DNA of 62,547 bases, filler included, from Nemertoderma westbladi (lineage: Eukaryota; Animalia; Xenacoelomorpha), in NCBI GenBank assembly GCA_032718475.1. It is 3 parts of 3 records of this genome, joined end to end, with 100 filler letters (N's around TTAATTAATTAA, not from the genome) between each part and the next. Parts side by side here need not be neighbours in the genome. Positions count along the whole stretch, not along the records: positions 29,844 to 47,904 come from JAUCBJ010000329.1; positions 48,005 to 62,547 come from JAUCBJ010004659.1; 1 more part is not named here. One strand, given 5' to 3'. Each line of letters opens with the position of its first letter. Within the stretch, counting starts at the first letter, position 1. Position numbers and translations under genes: made by a program. The notes below the pieces were generated by a model. The model had not been told where the DNA came from, made no database searches, and was given only the letters and a program-made list of their open reading frames with translations. Shown here piece by piece: positions 37,647-48,963 of this stretch.

Positions 37647-38628
37647 TCAGTCTCGATCAAGTGCCGCTTTCGGGCTCGGTGCGGGAACACCGTCCACAGC
37701 CAGGACCTGGCTCGCAACCGGGGTGGCCAATGCTGATGTGGTAGTCGGTACATGTGTTCCAGTAATGCGTGGTTTGAGGTTAAATGTGATCCTCTCCGCA
37801 TCTGTTAGGCGGTAGTTCCTGATTACAACTCCATCCTCCCAGTTGTTCGGGTTCATCATAACGTCCCGGTCCTCCTGGTTACATGTTAGGTGGAACGCGC
37901 GGATCACAGAGGATGGTTCCAGGATACCAGTACGCGATGGGGCAGGTATAACGTTAACAAATGGCAGTTTCTCCGATGTTAGATACTGTTTTACGTCATC
38001 CGCGGAGACAGACTCAGCAAATTGCCCCAGTAAGATGTGCGCGAGGCGGATGGGTGGACTTGGTGGAGGAACGACCCCAAGACCCGTACCGGATCTCCTC
38101 CCCACAACGGGGGCTGGACGCGAGCGTTTATTCCGAGCTTCGGTATTGCGTTTATTCCGAGCCTCGCGCCAGGGGTTTGGATTCGCAGGGGGTTGTTCGA
38201 CGGTGTTCACATACGTTGTTGGCGGTGCTGGTGCCGCTGTCGCGGTTGGTTCCGGGAGCTCACTCGCTGAGCTCCGGCCTTGCCCGTTGGATTGTGAGGT
38301 TGGATGGTTGTACTTCCCGGTACCGCCTTTCTTGTTCTGTGCACTGTATTTGGGAGCTGATGGAGTTGGTGCAGCGACATTATTGTAGGTTGAAAGGATA
38401 GCTACTACCTCGTTTTTTGGCAGCAATCGTGTCTGCGCGGGCCTCTGCAAGGCTGGCGAGCGATTCCGCCAGTTTGCCGGCTACGGCATTGTACAGCGAG
38501 TTCATCTTCATGAGACTATCTATTAGTTGGTGCTCCTCGTCTAGGGATATCTTTTTCTTCGTTTTTATCTCTCTTATCAGTGAGATCATGTCATTTTGGA
38601 TTTTATTAGCAACTTCAGCGTTAGCCAT
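37647..38628 (-). pseudogene. LINE ORF1 (coiled-coil, disordered linker, RRM-like C-terminus), frameshifted
   Basis: ATG at 38628 (MANAEVANK...); frame change at the A6 run 38413-38418; C-terminal ...NPNNWEDGVVIRNY resembles LINE ORF1 domains. Confidence 0.7.
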
Positions 38629-38830
38629 GGTGGGTATTGAGTAGCGTATAATGTTAATAAAATAGCAGTATACAGTCAGACTGTATTCAATATCATGAAT
38701 GATTGACAATAATGTTGAGAATCAGTGTAAAGATGACAAACATGCCGCCTGAAAATAAAATGGTCCAATTTAGTATCCTCCAATGATACTAAGGTTGATA
38801 GAGTACTCTATTGATAAAAGTACTCTATTA

Positions 38831-40528
38831 CAGTAACGCATTCAAATAACGTCCTATTGGATCCTAATAGGAACCTATTAGAAAATAAATAACCTTTAGG
38901 AAATAACTTGGAATTTGCCTAATGTAAGTCTACCTAGAGCGGCTAAATATCAAAGCTTAGAAGTGTCTGTCAATCAACCACCCGGGATAGCTGAAAGAAG
39001 TAAAGAGAGCCCCTTTGTCTAGTGGTTGAGTTGTATTTCCCTTCCCCTGACTTATCTTACAACAACAATACTCCCCATAGAGGCTAATGTTAAATATGCA
39101 AAGAACACACTACGCTGGCTTTAACTCAACATCTGGACACATTAACTACCATACGGTAAAGGTATCGCCGCTTGTGAAAAATAGGCCCGCCAACACGTTG
39201 AGTGAGCCTCAACAAGTAGTGGGCTGCTAAGGCGTAATTTTATTTTATTCGAACGTCAAACTTTTAATAATTTATTAATTAATTAAATTATTGTGCGAAC
39301 TTGTTTATTTTATCAATTTTACCATTTCCATGGTATAATAAATATAATTTTTAATTAATATTAATTTCAATATGCCAAGAGGTTAAGTTTGTTACAAACC
39401 ACTAAACTCATAAGGGTGTGTTAATTCCTGTAGGATGTTATGTCATTTATTTTTCGTAGTGGTAGCGATACGGATTGTGACATGTTGCGGAATATGCTTG
39501 GAGAGTGTAATGTGATTTGTGGGTGTTTGTTTAAATACGGAACTTGTGTGTTTCAGTAAAGTATAGCATTCAATATTACAGTTTATCTTCAATATTACAG
39601 TTTATCTATGTCGGGAGGGAGGGGGGGCTATGGTCCTTAGCCCTCCTTGGGGACTAATCAATGACTTACAATTAGCCGAACGGATATTTAACTACACAAT
39701 GAGATACAGCGTGTTAGGCAGTAAGTCAGTAAGTGGGCTGCTAATAATTTAATAGCCCATATTTATTTTTTTTAAGACTAACAATTGAACACCCAATTAT
39801 CTACACCTGTACCCCTTTACAGCAAGCAGTGTTTGTATAGTAAGCAGAATGTCAATGTGTATAGGAAATGAAAATATCCCGTGGATATTATACATTTATT
39901 TAGTCGCCCAGTTTTAGCCCCTGTCTAATTCTTAATTAAACGAATAAATGAAAATAAACTAATATTTATTCTATTAATAATTACACAAACGTTGTGTTTT
40001 ACTCTTTATTACTCAAAATATGTTCAATAGTAATAAATACAGTGTGTGATCCTACATTTATTTGTAAGTTCAATACGATTTTAAATTATTCCAGAGCCCA
40101 CCAGCCCACGGACGTTAACTATGTGCGGATGTGTGTGGATTTCATCTATTAGAGTTGATATTATAAATATTATTTACGTCAGAGGCTGGCAATACAAGGT
40201 ACAGTAGCAGTGTAATCTTCCATCGACAACCATACCTCAATGTAATGAACTGAACACTAACACTACGCAAACTTTAGGCTGAGTCTAGCAGTCTAGGCCA
40301 GCACAAGCATAGTCTGAGTCAGTCCACCCTCCAGACATCAAAGTAAGCGCCGATTTCCAAGTAAATTCCTAATGAAATCCAAGTCAAATCCTAAGTGCCT
40401 CCAAGTCTGGAATTTGGGCTAAATTTCATTTCCAATTAAATCCTAACTCCTATAGTAGTGAATCAGTGACTTGGATCCTAATAGGATCCTATTAGGATCC
40501 AATACGACGTTATTTGAAAGCGGTACTG
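38831..40528. mobile_element. ~1.7-kb non-autonomous TIR DNA transposon with TA target site (Tc1/mariner/pogo-like ends)
   Basis: TA|CAGTAACGCATTCAAATAACGTCCTATTGGATCCTAATAGG at left and CCTATTAGGATCCAATACGACGTTATTTGAAAGCGGTACTG|TA at right (~50-bp imperfect TIR). No transposase ORF. Confidence 0.8.
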
Positions 40529-41494
40529 TACGTTTCATTCTGCCTAAAGCCACTCATAAAACGCGGTTGTCATATTATCCACTCAGTTCACTGTATTTTT
40601 GGAGTTTTAGAGGTAAGGGTGAATGAATAACACCAGATTTCAGAAAGTTAACCAATTTTGATGCGGTTTTTTGTATTAAATTTGTAAATTCACTTTTTTC
40701 AAAATTGGCACTGCGGTTGACATTTGCATGGAAAGAGCCTATGGAGATTACAGCTGTATAACTTTTGAAGTACAATTATTTAAATTGTATACTATAAAAT
40801 AATTAATTTCCAATAAAGGGCTGCAGAAAAATGCTGTATTTTACCGTAATCAACTAATTGACCGATTTTATCTTAGCTTCTCGAAGGACACACGCAAATT
40901 CAACTTGGAAAATTTTTAAACTTTTGCCAAACAATATGTGTACCAAGTTTGGTTAGCTTTCATCAAGATTTAGAAGAGTTATTAACGTTTAAAATTGCAC
41001 ACAAAAGAACGACTGAACAACAGAAACATCGATTGAGAGTAGTTTGAGCTCGCTTACTTTCCACCTTTCCAACCTTTCGCTTACTGTCAAATGGCCGGTA
41101 ATTTCGTAATCTAAGCAGCTGTTTTTCTCTAAGAGTAATCGACAAGGCTCTATACTTAGAATAAACGCAGGATGGAGTGAGTTTATGTCATTTCATAAAA
41201 TATAAAAGTTCTTAAGGGCTTTTAAGCCAGCGCATTGTGCAAAAACGACACAATTTTGCCGCAAAAGCTATAACAAAACACCTCAAAAAACACAGCTTGT
41301 CAACACATTGTTACTACTGTATCAATAATTAGAAGACCGCCAGGGCTTCTTGCTGTCAAAAAAAAACGTATGTTTGTGTGTGTGTGTTTGTCTGTATGTA
41401 TGTTTGTGCACATGGATATTGGCTTGGAAGGGTAAGAAGTGCTCTACTTCGTGGCCAACTATACAAAGAAATGTATTGATTATTTGGGTTCTTA

Positions 41495-41990
41495 TTTGGC
41501 AATTGTGAAAAAACTTGATATGCTATGGCAGCATGGCAAATCTGAAAGCAGATTTGGAATCACCATTGTTTAATTATATATAATTAATATGAACAAAGCT
41601 CCATTCAATGTTGTAGATTGATTTTGAGCATATTTGATTATTTTTTAATCAACTTCTTTCCTTACAGTTGTTCGCGATAAGTAATTTGAACTTAAATTGG
41701 TAATTTTGAAAATAACTTGATATGCTATGTCAAATATGAAAGCAGATTTAGAATCAGCATTGTTTTAATTATATATAATTCATATGAAAAAAGCTCCTTT
41801 CAATGTTTTAGAATGATTTTGAGCATATCTCATTCTCATTTGAATCTACATCACTCATCATAGTCGTTTGCGATAAGTTTTTTGAATTCAAATTGGTAAT
41901 TGTGAGGAAACTTGATGGGGTAGGGCAAATCTGAAATCAGATTTGGAATCAGCATTGTCTAATTATGTATAATGCATATGTTCAAAGCTT
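41495..41990. repeat. Degenerate ~198-bp tandem repeat (about 2.5 copies) after a GT-rich microsatellite, HINE-like
   Basis: TTGG(C/T)AATT.TGA...AACTTGAT...AAATCTGAAA.CAGATTT.GAATCA.CATTG at ~41498, ~41698 and ~41894. Confidence 0.6.
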
Positions 41991-42363
41991 CTTCCCATAT
42001 AGTACTCTTATGGTCGCTGGATGCACATATCTCTGTATCTATCAATCATTTTAATATGCTTTGAAGTACAGTATGGTATTGTTGTATATAATGCACTATA
42101 TCATTTTAAAATTCAAATCAGATGAGATTTTTGGATTCTGCACCTTAAAATCAGTCAAAATCAAATTAAACGAACAGTTCATAGATATAATTAATCAAAA
42201 CTTAAGTTTTGTGGCCAATTATTGATATCATACCAAATGGCGCTTAGGCACAAATTAGTGATGCTTGTGCAAGCATTTCCCATGGGTTTGTGATGAATTT
42301 TATTTTACTAAACATAGCTTGAATGGTTAGACAATGCTAAAATCGAGATTAACTGAAATAAGA

Positions 42364-43234
42364 TGCAGGGAGGTAGACCTACAAAATTTAATGCCAATAT
42401 TTCAATATCTCCTAGGCGCAATCAATTGATTGATCGATTGATGAGTTGTACCGGGCTTAAGCTTTTGTGTGATATCTCAAGAACTACTAGCTTATCACTT
42501 GTTTTGAAGGTACTGTATATACACCCACTAAATCGATGATTGCGGATCAAATAAGCCTAAAATTAACTCTGTACGACCAACAGAAGCCTTCATGTCAGCA
42601 AACTCTATTATATTCTTCGCGTGCGATCAAATGGTGTCCAAACGCTCAACTTCAGGGTGTTTGAGCTACCTCTAAATATATATCATTTGTCATTTGTGCT
42701 CAAATTTTACTCAAGGTGTTTTTTTATCAGAAGAAAGGACTTGGGGGGGTCAGAGGAGAATTTCCACAACTTTTAAATCTTACATTGAAATAAGGACCAC
42801 CCTTGCAGGGAGGTAGACCTACAAAATGTTAATGCCAATATTTCAATATGTCCTTGGCGCAATCAATTGATTGATCGATTGATGAGTTGTACCGGGCTTA
42901 AGCTTTTGTGTGATATCTCAAGAACTACTAGCTTATCACTTGTTTTGAAGGTATCTACACCCACTAAATCGATGATTGCGGTTCAAATAAGCCTAAAATT
43001 AACTCTGTACGACCAACAGAAGCCTTCATGTCAGCAAACTATATTATATTCTTCGCTTGCGATCAAATGGTGTCCAAACGCTCAACTTCAGGGTGTTTGA
43101 GCTACCTCTAAATATATATCATTTGTCATTTGTGCTCAAATTTTACTCAAGGTGTTTTTTTATCAGAAGAAAGGACTTGGGGGGTCAGAGGAGAATTTCC
43201 ACAACTTTTAAATCTTACATTGAAATAAGGACCA
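42364..43234. repeat. Near-identical 440-bp tandem duplication
   Basis: TGCAGGGAGGTAGACCTACAAAA starts at 42364 and 42804; both copies end in GAAATAAGGACCAC. Confidence 0.93.
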
Positions 43235-44028
43235 CACTAATGAGTAGTATAATCTGATAATTATAAACGGGAGCGAAGCGAGCGAAAACTTTTAGTTCTT
43301 AAACATACTGGTATAATTTCAAGTAGTGTACTGCAGTACTGTACATCAGTAACCTACCTACATGACATCCCATGCATCCATATGTGCGCCAGGATCCTCG
43401 ATGCGCGCCACACGACCATGTTGCTGGCTCAATGCAGTTTCCGGTACCCACACTTTTTCTTACTTGTACTGCAGTACTGTTGCAATTTTGCAAACCACCT
43501 TTGGCCTTTAGCTGTTTAGTCAGTCAGTTAACCGGTAGGCCCTACACTGTCATACTGCTGTACTGTCATAGGCCAGTAGGCCTATCATAACCATATATTC
43601 TTGTAAAGATGGTTTGGTTTATTACTGTATTATTTTGGTTAGGGTTAGTTGGTCAGGCCTCAACCATAAGAATTATTCATTAAGAATCACATTATTGCAA
43701 TTCAGCCATTAACGGCCCTTCGGGCGCCGCGCCGGGCCTTATACTGTTATGGCAGGCAATACTGCAATAATGTCAGAAATTCCGCTAAATGTCTTAGATT
43801 ATTAGGTTAGGGTTACATGACAGTTTTAATTAGGGTTGAGGCCGCCACTACCAGACTAGGCCCTACTGCATACTGTAACTGTAACCAGCGAGTTTCATAC
43901 AGTATAAAAATCCAATGGCCGTGTGGGTACCCCAAACTGCATATTCCCCTGTTGCTCCTCGCCAGGCTGCCAGGATCCTTAATGCGCGCCACACATGTTG
44001 AGCAAACTCTACATAATTTCCAACCTGG

Positions 44029-45075
44029 ATGGGGGTCAACTTTTATACCGTGGGGGAAATCTCGAGAAATCCTGGAGAAACTAAACCAGATGGAATCGTT
44101 AAAATAAAAAAGACAGATGATCTTACAGAACCGGTTAAAAGAGAACTTAGTTACAGTGTAAGTCAGCATCAGCCGATATCTGGGGCAACCGGTTTTTGGG
44201 ACTGGCTTGGTAGTCTGGGCGACTCCATTGTCTCCAGTGTATCCCACACCCACCTAACCGGTACGGAAGACTACCGCGAATTACCACGGATCTCCCAGAT
44301 CGAGCGCAGATCCGGAATCCCTCGGATCCTCTCGGGTCAATGGCGGGAGTACGCACGAGAGGTGCCAGACCCCGACACGATGGCAGTCGAGACTGGCTGG
44401 AAGGGAGTCCGAGAGGCGGTCCTGGGGATGCCCGGTGTCACAGTATGGGACCGTGTAGAGCCGGCAACCATCGCCCCGTTTTGGTCCAACTCCTTGGCTT
44501 GCCTCGTAGTCGGCGCAACCTCCGGGATTATGTTGTCGTACCCGCTGGCTCGTTCCCATCGCGACCGGCACCGCAAACTAATCCGCGCGGATATGTTTCG
44601 CTCCCAGGCCGACGCCATTAAGGAGTCGCACACGTTCCTGAGTCGCGTTATTTTCCGCTACTCGTGGAGGTTCGGTTGGCGACTAGCGCTCCTCCCGTTC
44701 CTCCTACGCTGCCTCCCTGACCTCCTCCACGTCTATCGCAACCAAGTCTCCGTCTCACATTATATTCTATGTGGATCCCTTATCGGGTTCGTCTACAGAA
44801 TCAGGTTCCCCCTTCCTAACATTATAGCGGCGACGGGTTTAGCCGCTTTGTTAACCCTCCCCTATGGTTACTTAGCAACCTGGGCATCTCTTTACAACGA
44901 TGGGGAATTCGGATTCTTCCGACAACAGCAGAATTATAAATTACAGGTCCGTTGGCTCTTAGATTCAACGGATAAGGAAAACCAACTATCCTATGCAATG
45001 TTTAGAAGGGAGTACACATCCAAACTGCCCGAGCGGCAATCTAGTAAAGAATTAACTAAACGATATAGTAGATAA
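44029..45075 (+). CDS. TIMMDC1: Complex I assembly factor TIMMDC1 (Tim17/22/23 family), single coding exon
   Basis: ETGWKGVRE, FRSQADAIKESH, FRYSWRFGWR, VYRNQVSVSHYILCGSLIGFVYRI are colinear with TIMMDC1 (ESGWDRL, FIRYGWRWGWR, VYRNKDALSHF). Confidence 0.85.
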   Translation: MGVNFYTVGEISRNPGETKPDGIVKIKKTDDLTEPVKRELSYSVSQHQPISGATGFWDWLGSLGDSIVSSVSHTHLTGTEDYRELPRISQIERRSGIPRILSGQWREYAREVPDPDTMAVETGWKGVREAVLGMPGVTVWDRVEPATIAPFWSNSLACLVVGATSGIMLSYPLARSHRDRHRKLIRADMFRSQADAIKESHTFLSRVIFRYSWRFGWRLALLPFLLRCLPDLLHVYRNQVSVSHYILCGSLIGFVYRIRFPLPNIIAATGLAALLTLPYGYLATWASLYNDGEFGFFRQQQNYKLQVRWLLDSTDKENQLSYAMFRREYTSKLPERQSSKELTKRYSR

Positions 45076-45293
45076 TTAAATTAAATATCTACTAGAGAGA
45101 GAAACAAAATTATCTAAATATCTAAATGTAAAGCATCTAATAGTGAGTTATAGTGGAGTGGTGTTAATAAACAATATTGTAGCCAAACCAGTTACCTAAA
45201 TGATCTGGAGACCCAACCAGTTAACTAAATAATCTGGTAACCCAACCAGTAAACTAAATAATATGTTAACCAAACCAGTTAAGTAAATAATAT

Positions 45294-46101
45294 CTACCAA
45301 ATTGTCTGGTTAACTCGCTACCAGATTGTCTGGTTAACTCGCTACCAGATTGTCTGGTTAACTCGCTACCAGATTGTCTGGTTAACTCGCTACCAGATTT
45401 TCTGGTTTACTCGCTACCAGATTGTCTGGTTAACTCGCTACCAGATTGTCTGGTTAACTCGCTACCAGATTGTCTGGTTAACTCGCTACCAGATTGTCTG
45501 GTTAACTCGCTCCCAGATTGTCTGGTTAACTCGCTACCAGATTGTCTGGTTAACTCGCTACCAAATTGTCCGGTTAACTCGCTACCAGATTGTCTGGTTT
45601 ACTCGCTACCAGAGTGTCTGGTTAACTCGCTACCAGATTGTCTGGTTAACTCTCTACCAGATTGTCTGGTTAACTCGCTACCAGATTGTCTGGTTAATTC
45701 GCTACCAGATTGTCTGGTTAACTCGCTACCAGATTGTCTGGTTAACTCGCTACCAGATTGTCTGGTTAACTCGCTACCAGATTGTCTGGTTAACTCGCTC
45801 CCAGATTGTCTGGTTAACTCGCTACCAGATTGTCTGGTTAACTCGCTACCAAATTGTCCGGTTAACTCGCTACCAGATTGTCTGGTTTACTCGCTACCAG
45901 AGTGTCTGGTTAACTCGCTACCAGATTGTCTGGTTAACTCTCTACCAGATTGTCTGGTTAACTCGCTACCAGATTGTCTGGTTTACTCGCTACCAGATTG
46001 TCTGGTTAACTCTCTACCAGATTGTCTGGTTAACTCGCTACCAAATTATCTGGTTAACTCGCTACCAGATTGTCTGGTTAATTCGCTACCAGATTGTCTG
46101 G
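45294..46101. repeat. 24-bp hairpin-containing minisatellite (~33 copies)
   Basis: Unit ACCAGATTGTCTGGTTAACTCGCT; ACCAGA/TCTGGT inverted repeat in each unit. Confidence 0.96.
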
Positions 46102-47904
46102 ATAGTTACCTAACAGATTGCGTTTTAACATCTGCCAGATGATGAAGGAAGATCAGATTATACAAATTGTGTGCTACCGGTACTTCTAGTTATTACCGTG
46201 TTATAGCAACTAATGTGCACGCGTCCACTGGAAATTTTATTAATTTCCCTTGCAGAAAATTTATTGTGATCAATAATCCCACTGATATGACAATTTCCAT
46301 TTCAGTCGCACCTCATATATTTTTTAAGGAGACGTTTATGTAATGTGTAGTTATTCAATGTATTTTGCTGGAAGATAAATTTAATACACCCATTGCAATT
46401 GCGGACTGTGGGGCGAGCAATAAGAAAAATTTTCGAAGAAATTTACTGGGATGGTTATTTTTCAGCACCAAAATTTCAAGTAGACCTAGTGAACAATTTT
46501 TCAAAAAATATGAAAGTTAAAATTTTCAGCTAATCTTTTCCCAATGCTGGTTTTCTGGGGTGCTGAATCCATTAGAAAATATTTAAAATTATCTGCTTTC
46601 TTTTAGTCCTCTTAAGTCAAAAAATGAAAAAAAAAACAAGGAACTAGCACTTTTCAGTTTGAACACAATATTTTTAATTCATTTATACGATGCTTTAAAT
46701 TCCCATTTTCAGGTTTTCTGGGGCGCTTACAATGCCCCAGATCATTGCTATTATTATTTTTTGGCGTAATATGGGAAATTTTGGTGCTAGCACTAAATTT
46801 CGTACCCTTCACCAAAACGTACAGGTATGAGGTGTCCAGTGCTGTTTTTATTGATTCCATCGGATTCAGGGCCCACATAAACCCATATAGCGCATGAAAC
46901 TAGATGATAGTATCTATTGATCAATTTGCTTATTTTCAGAAATTTGGAGCAAGCACAAAAATTATCACCCATCGGCGAAAAATACAAGTTTGAAAACTCT
47001 TACGCAATTTTTACTTATTCCAATGAATACAGCACCCCAGAAACTCGTATAACGCAAGAAACAAGATTACAGTACAATCAATTGATATGTTTGATGGGTT
47101 TCAAAATTTGGTGCCAAATTTTGCACCCACTTCCGAAAAAAACAAGTTAGAGATGTCTAGTTTGATAATTATTATTATTCTATTGAATTCAGAACCCCCG
47201 TAAACCTCTAAAATGCGAGAAAGAAGTTGTCACAATCAATTGAACTATTGAAGAGATTTTCGAAATTTCGTGCTGGCACCAAATTTTGCACACAGCACAG
47301 AAAAATACAAGTTTGATATGCCTGGTGCAACTCTAATATATTCCATCGAAACCAGAACACCAAAAAACCTTTTTTGCGCAAAAAACAGGTTCAACAAGTG
47401 GTGGGTTAGGACATCCTAATTTCAAGCAGTCTCTGATTGGACGATTACAATATTATAATATTCACCCAAGAAATCGTATAAGTAAGATAGCGCTTGAATT
47501 AGATAGTTATAATGACAATAATAAAGGCAATCGAGACTGCTGCAGTAGTTTCAAGTAGGTAGCAGCAAGACTGTAGCTTGTAAGTACTGCAACAACTGCA
47601 GTCACTATGATGATATCAATATCTGAAACAAATAGTCGCACAGAATAACACAGTCTAATGCTGTAGTGTAGCAATTTTTATTGCCGGTTATGAATGGTAT
47701 TATTGCATTTATTATATTACAGTATATACAGTAGATACACCCACGCCCCCAAAATCACAGTTGTTAAATATAAAAAAATGTGATGTATTAAAATACTATA
47801 GTTTTTATACACGGGGGGGGGGGGGGGGGGTCGGGGCTGGGTGGTTACAGCTCATCTCACATCTTCCACTATCATTATCGTCATTAAAAGCACCTAATTC
47901 AAGC

Positions 47905-48004
47905 NNNNNNNNNNNNNNNNNNNNNNNNNNNNNNNNNNNNNNNNNNNNTTAATTAATTAANNNNNNNNNNNNNNNNNNNNNNNNNNNNNNNNNNNNNNNN
48001 NNNN
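47905..48004. other. Assembly gap with six-frame-stop linker
   Basis: 44 N + TTAATTAATTAA + 44 N. Confidence 0.97.
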
Positions 48005-48963
48005 CAGTCAGCCGCTAGAGGGCGAATTGTCTGAAAGTTAACATCTTCTCCAACTTTGTTATTTACTAACGGTTTAGACTGAAACTTGGTAGGCATCTAC
48101 TACAGCATAGGCTGTACCTTTACGGAGTTACAGAGTTGTATACAGTCCCCCCATCTGCCGCTAGAGGGCGACATATCTGATAGTGAACACCTCATCCCAT
48201 TTGGTTCTTTTTAATCATTTTGAGCTGAAACTTGGTTGGTATCTACTACATCATAGGCTGTATCTTTACGGGGTTGCAGAATCCTATTCACTTCCCCAGT
48301 CTACCGCTAGAGGGTGAAATGTCTGAAAGTTAACATCTTCTCCAACTTTGTTATTTACTAACGGTTTAGACTGAAACTTGGTAGGCATCTACTACAGCAT
48401 AGGCTGTACCTTTACGGAGTCACAGAGTTGTATACAGTCCCCCCATCTGCCGCTAGAGGGCGACATATCTGATAGTGAACACCTCATCCCATTTGGTTCT
48501 TTTTAATCCTATTGAGCTGGAACTTGGCAGGAATCTACTACAGCATATTCTGTATCTTTACGGAGTCCCAGAGTCGTCCACAGTTCTTCAGTCTACCGCT
48601 AGAGGGTGAAATGTCTGAATGTGAACATCTACATCAATTTTGTTATTTACAATCTGTTTAAGCTGAAACTTGAAAGGCAGGCATTTTACTTCACCATAAA
48701 CCCCATCTTTACCAAACTGCAGCGTCGTCTGCATTTCACCAGTCCGCAGGTAGAGGGTGGATCTGAAAGTGATCATTTTCTGGAAATTTTGTTATTTACA
48801 ATCTGCCTAAAGTTGAAACTTGACAGTTATCTCTTATGGGGGTGGTGTTTTATTTAATGATGGTGTCTGTTCCGTATGCAGTTCTCAAATCTCCCACACA
48901 TATTCATATATCATCTGCACGTGCACTAGAAAGCTGTGGCCCGAAGGGCCACAGGCTTTCTAG
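48005..48963 (+). mobile_element. Non-autonomous Helitron, 3' part (5' part lost in gap)
   Basis: Nearly identical to 50261-51219 (offset 2256). Ends in hairpin TGTGGCCC-GAA-GGGCCACA and CTAG at 48960-48963. Confidence 0.85.

Larger units (their letters stand above)
34755..38828 (-). mobile_element. Near-full-length non-LTR retrotransposon (APE-type LINE; RTEX/CR1-group-like), inactivated
   Basis: ORF1 plus ORF2 (APE + RT + C-terminal Cys/His cluster); short 3' UTR with a C-run and AATAAA near 34765. 5' boundary approximate; clade uncertain. Confidence 0.9.

Noticed and set aside
38411-38420. Programmed ribosomal frameshift in LINE ORF1 at AAAAAAC
   Set aside because: Joining the frames needs +1, and the heptamer is out of phase for a -1 slip; a homopolymer indel is simpler.
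43639-43841. Short TTAGGG-like runs (also CTAACCCTAACC at ~33787)
   Set aside because: Only one or two units each; too short to call interstitial telomere.
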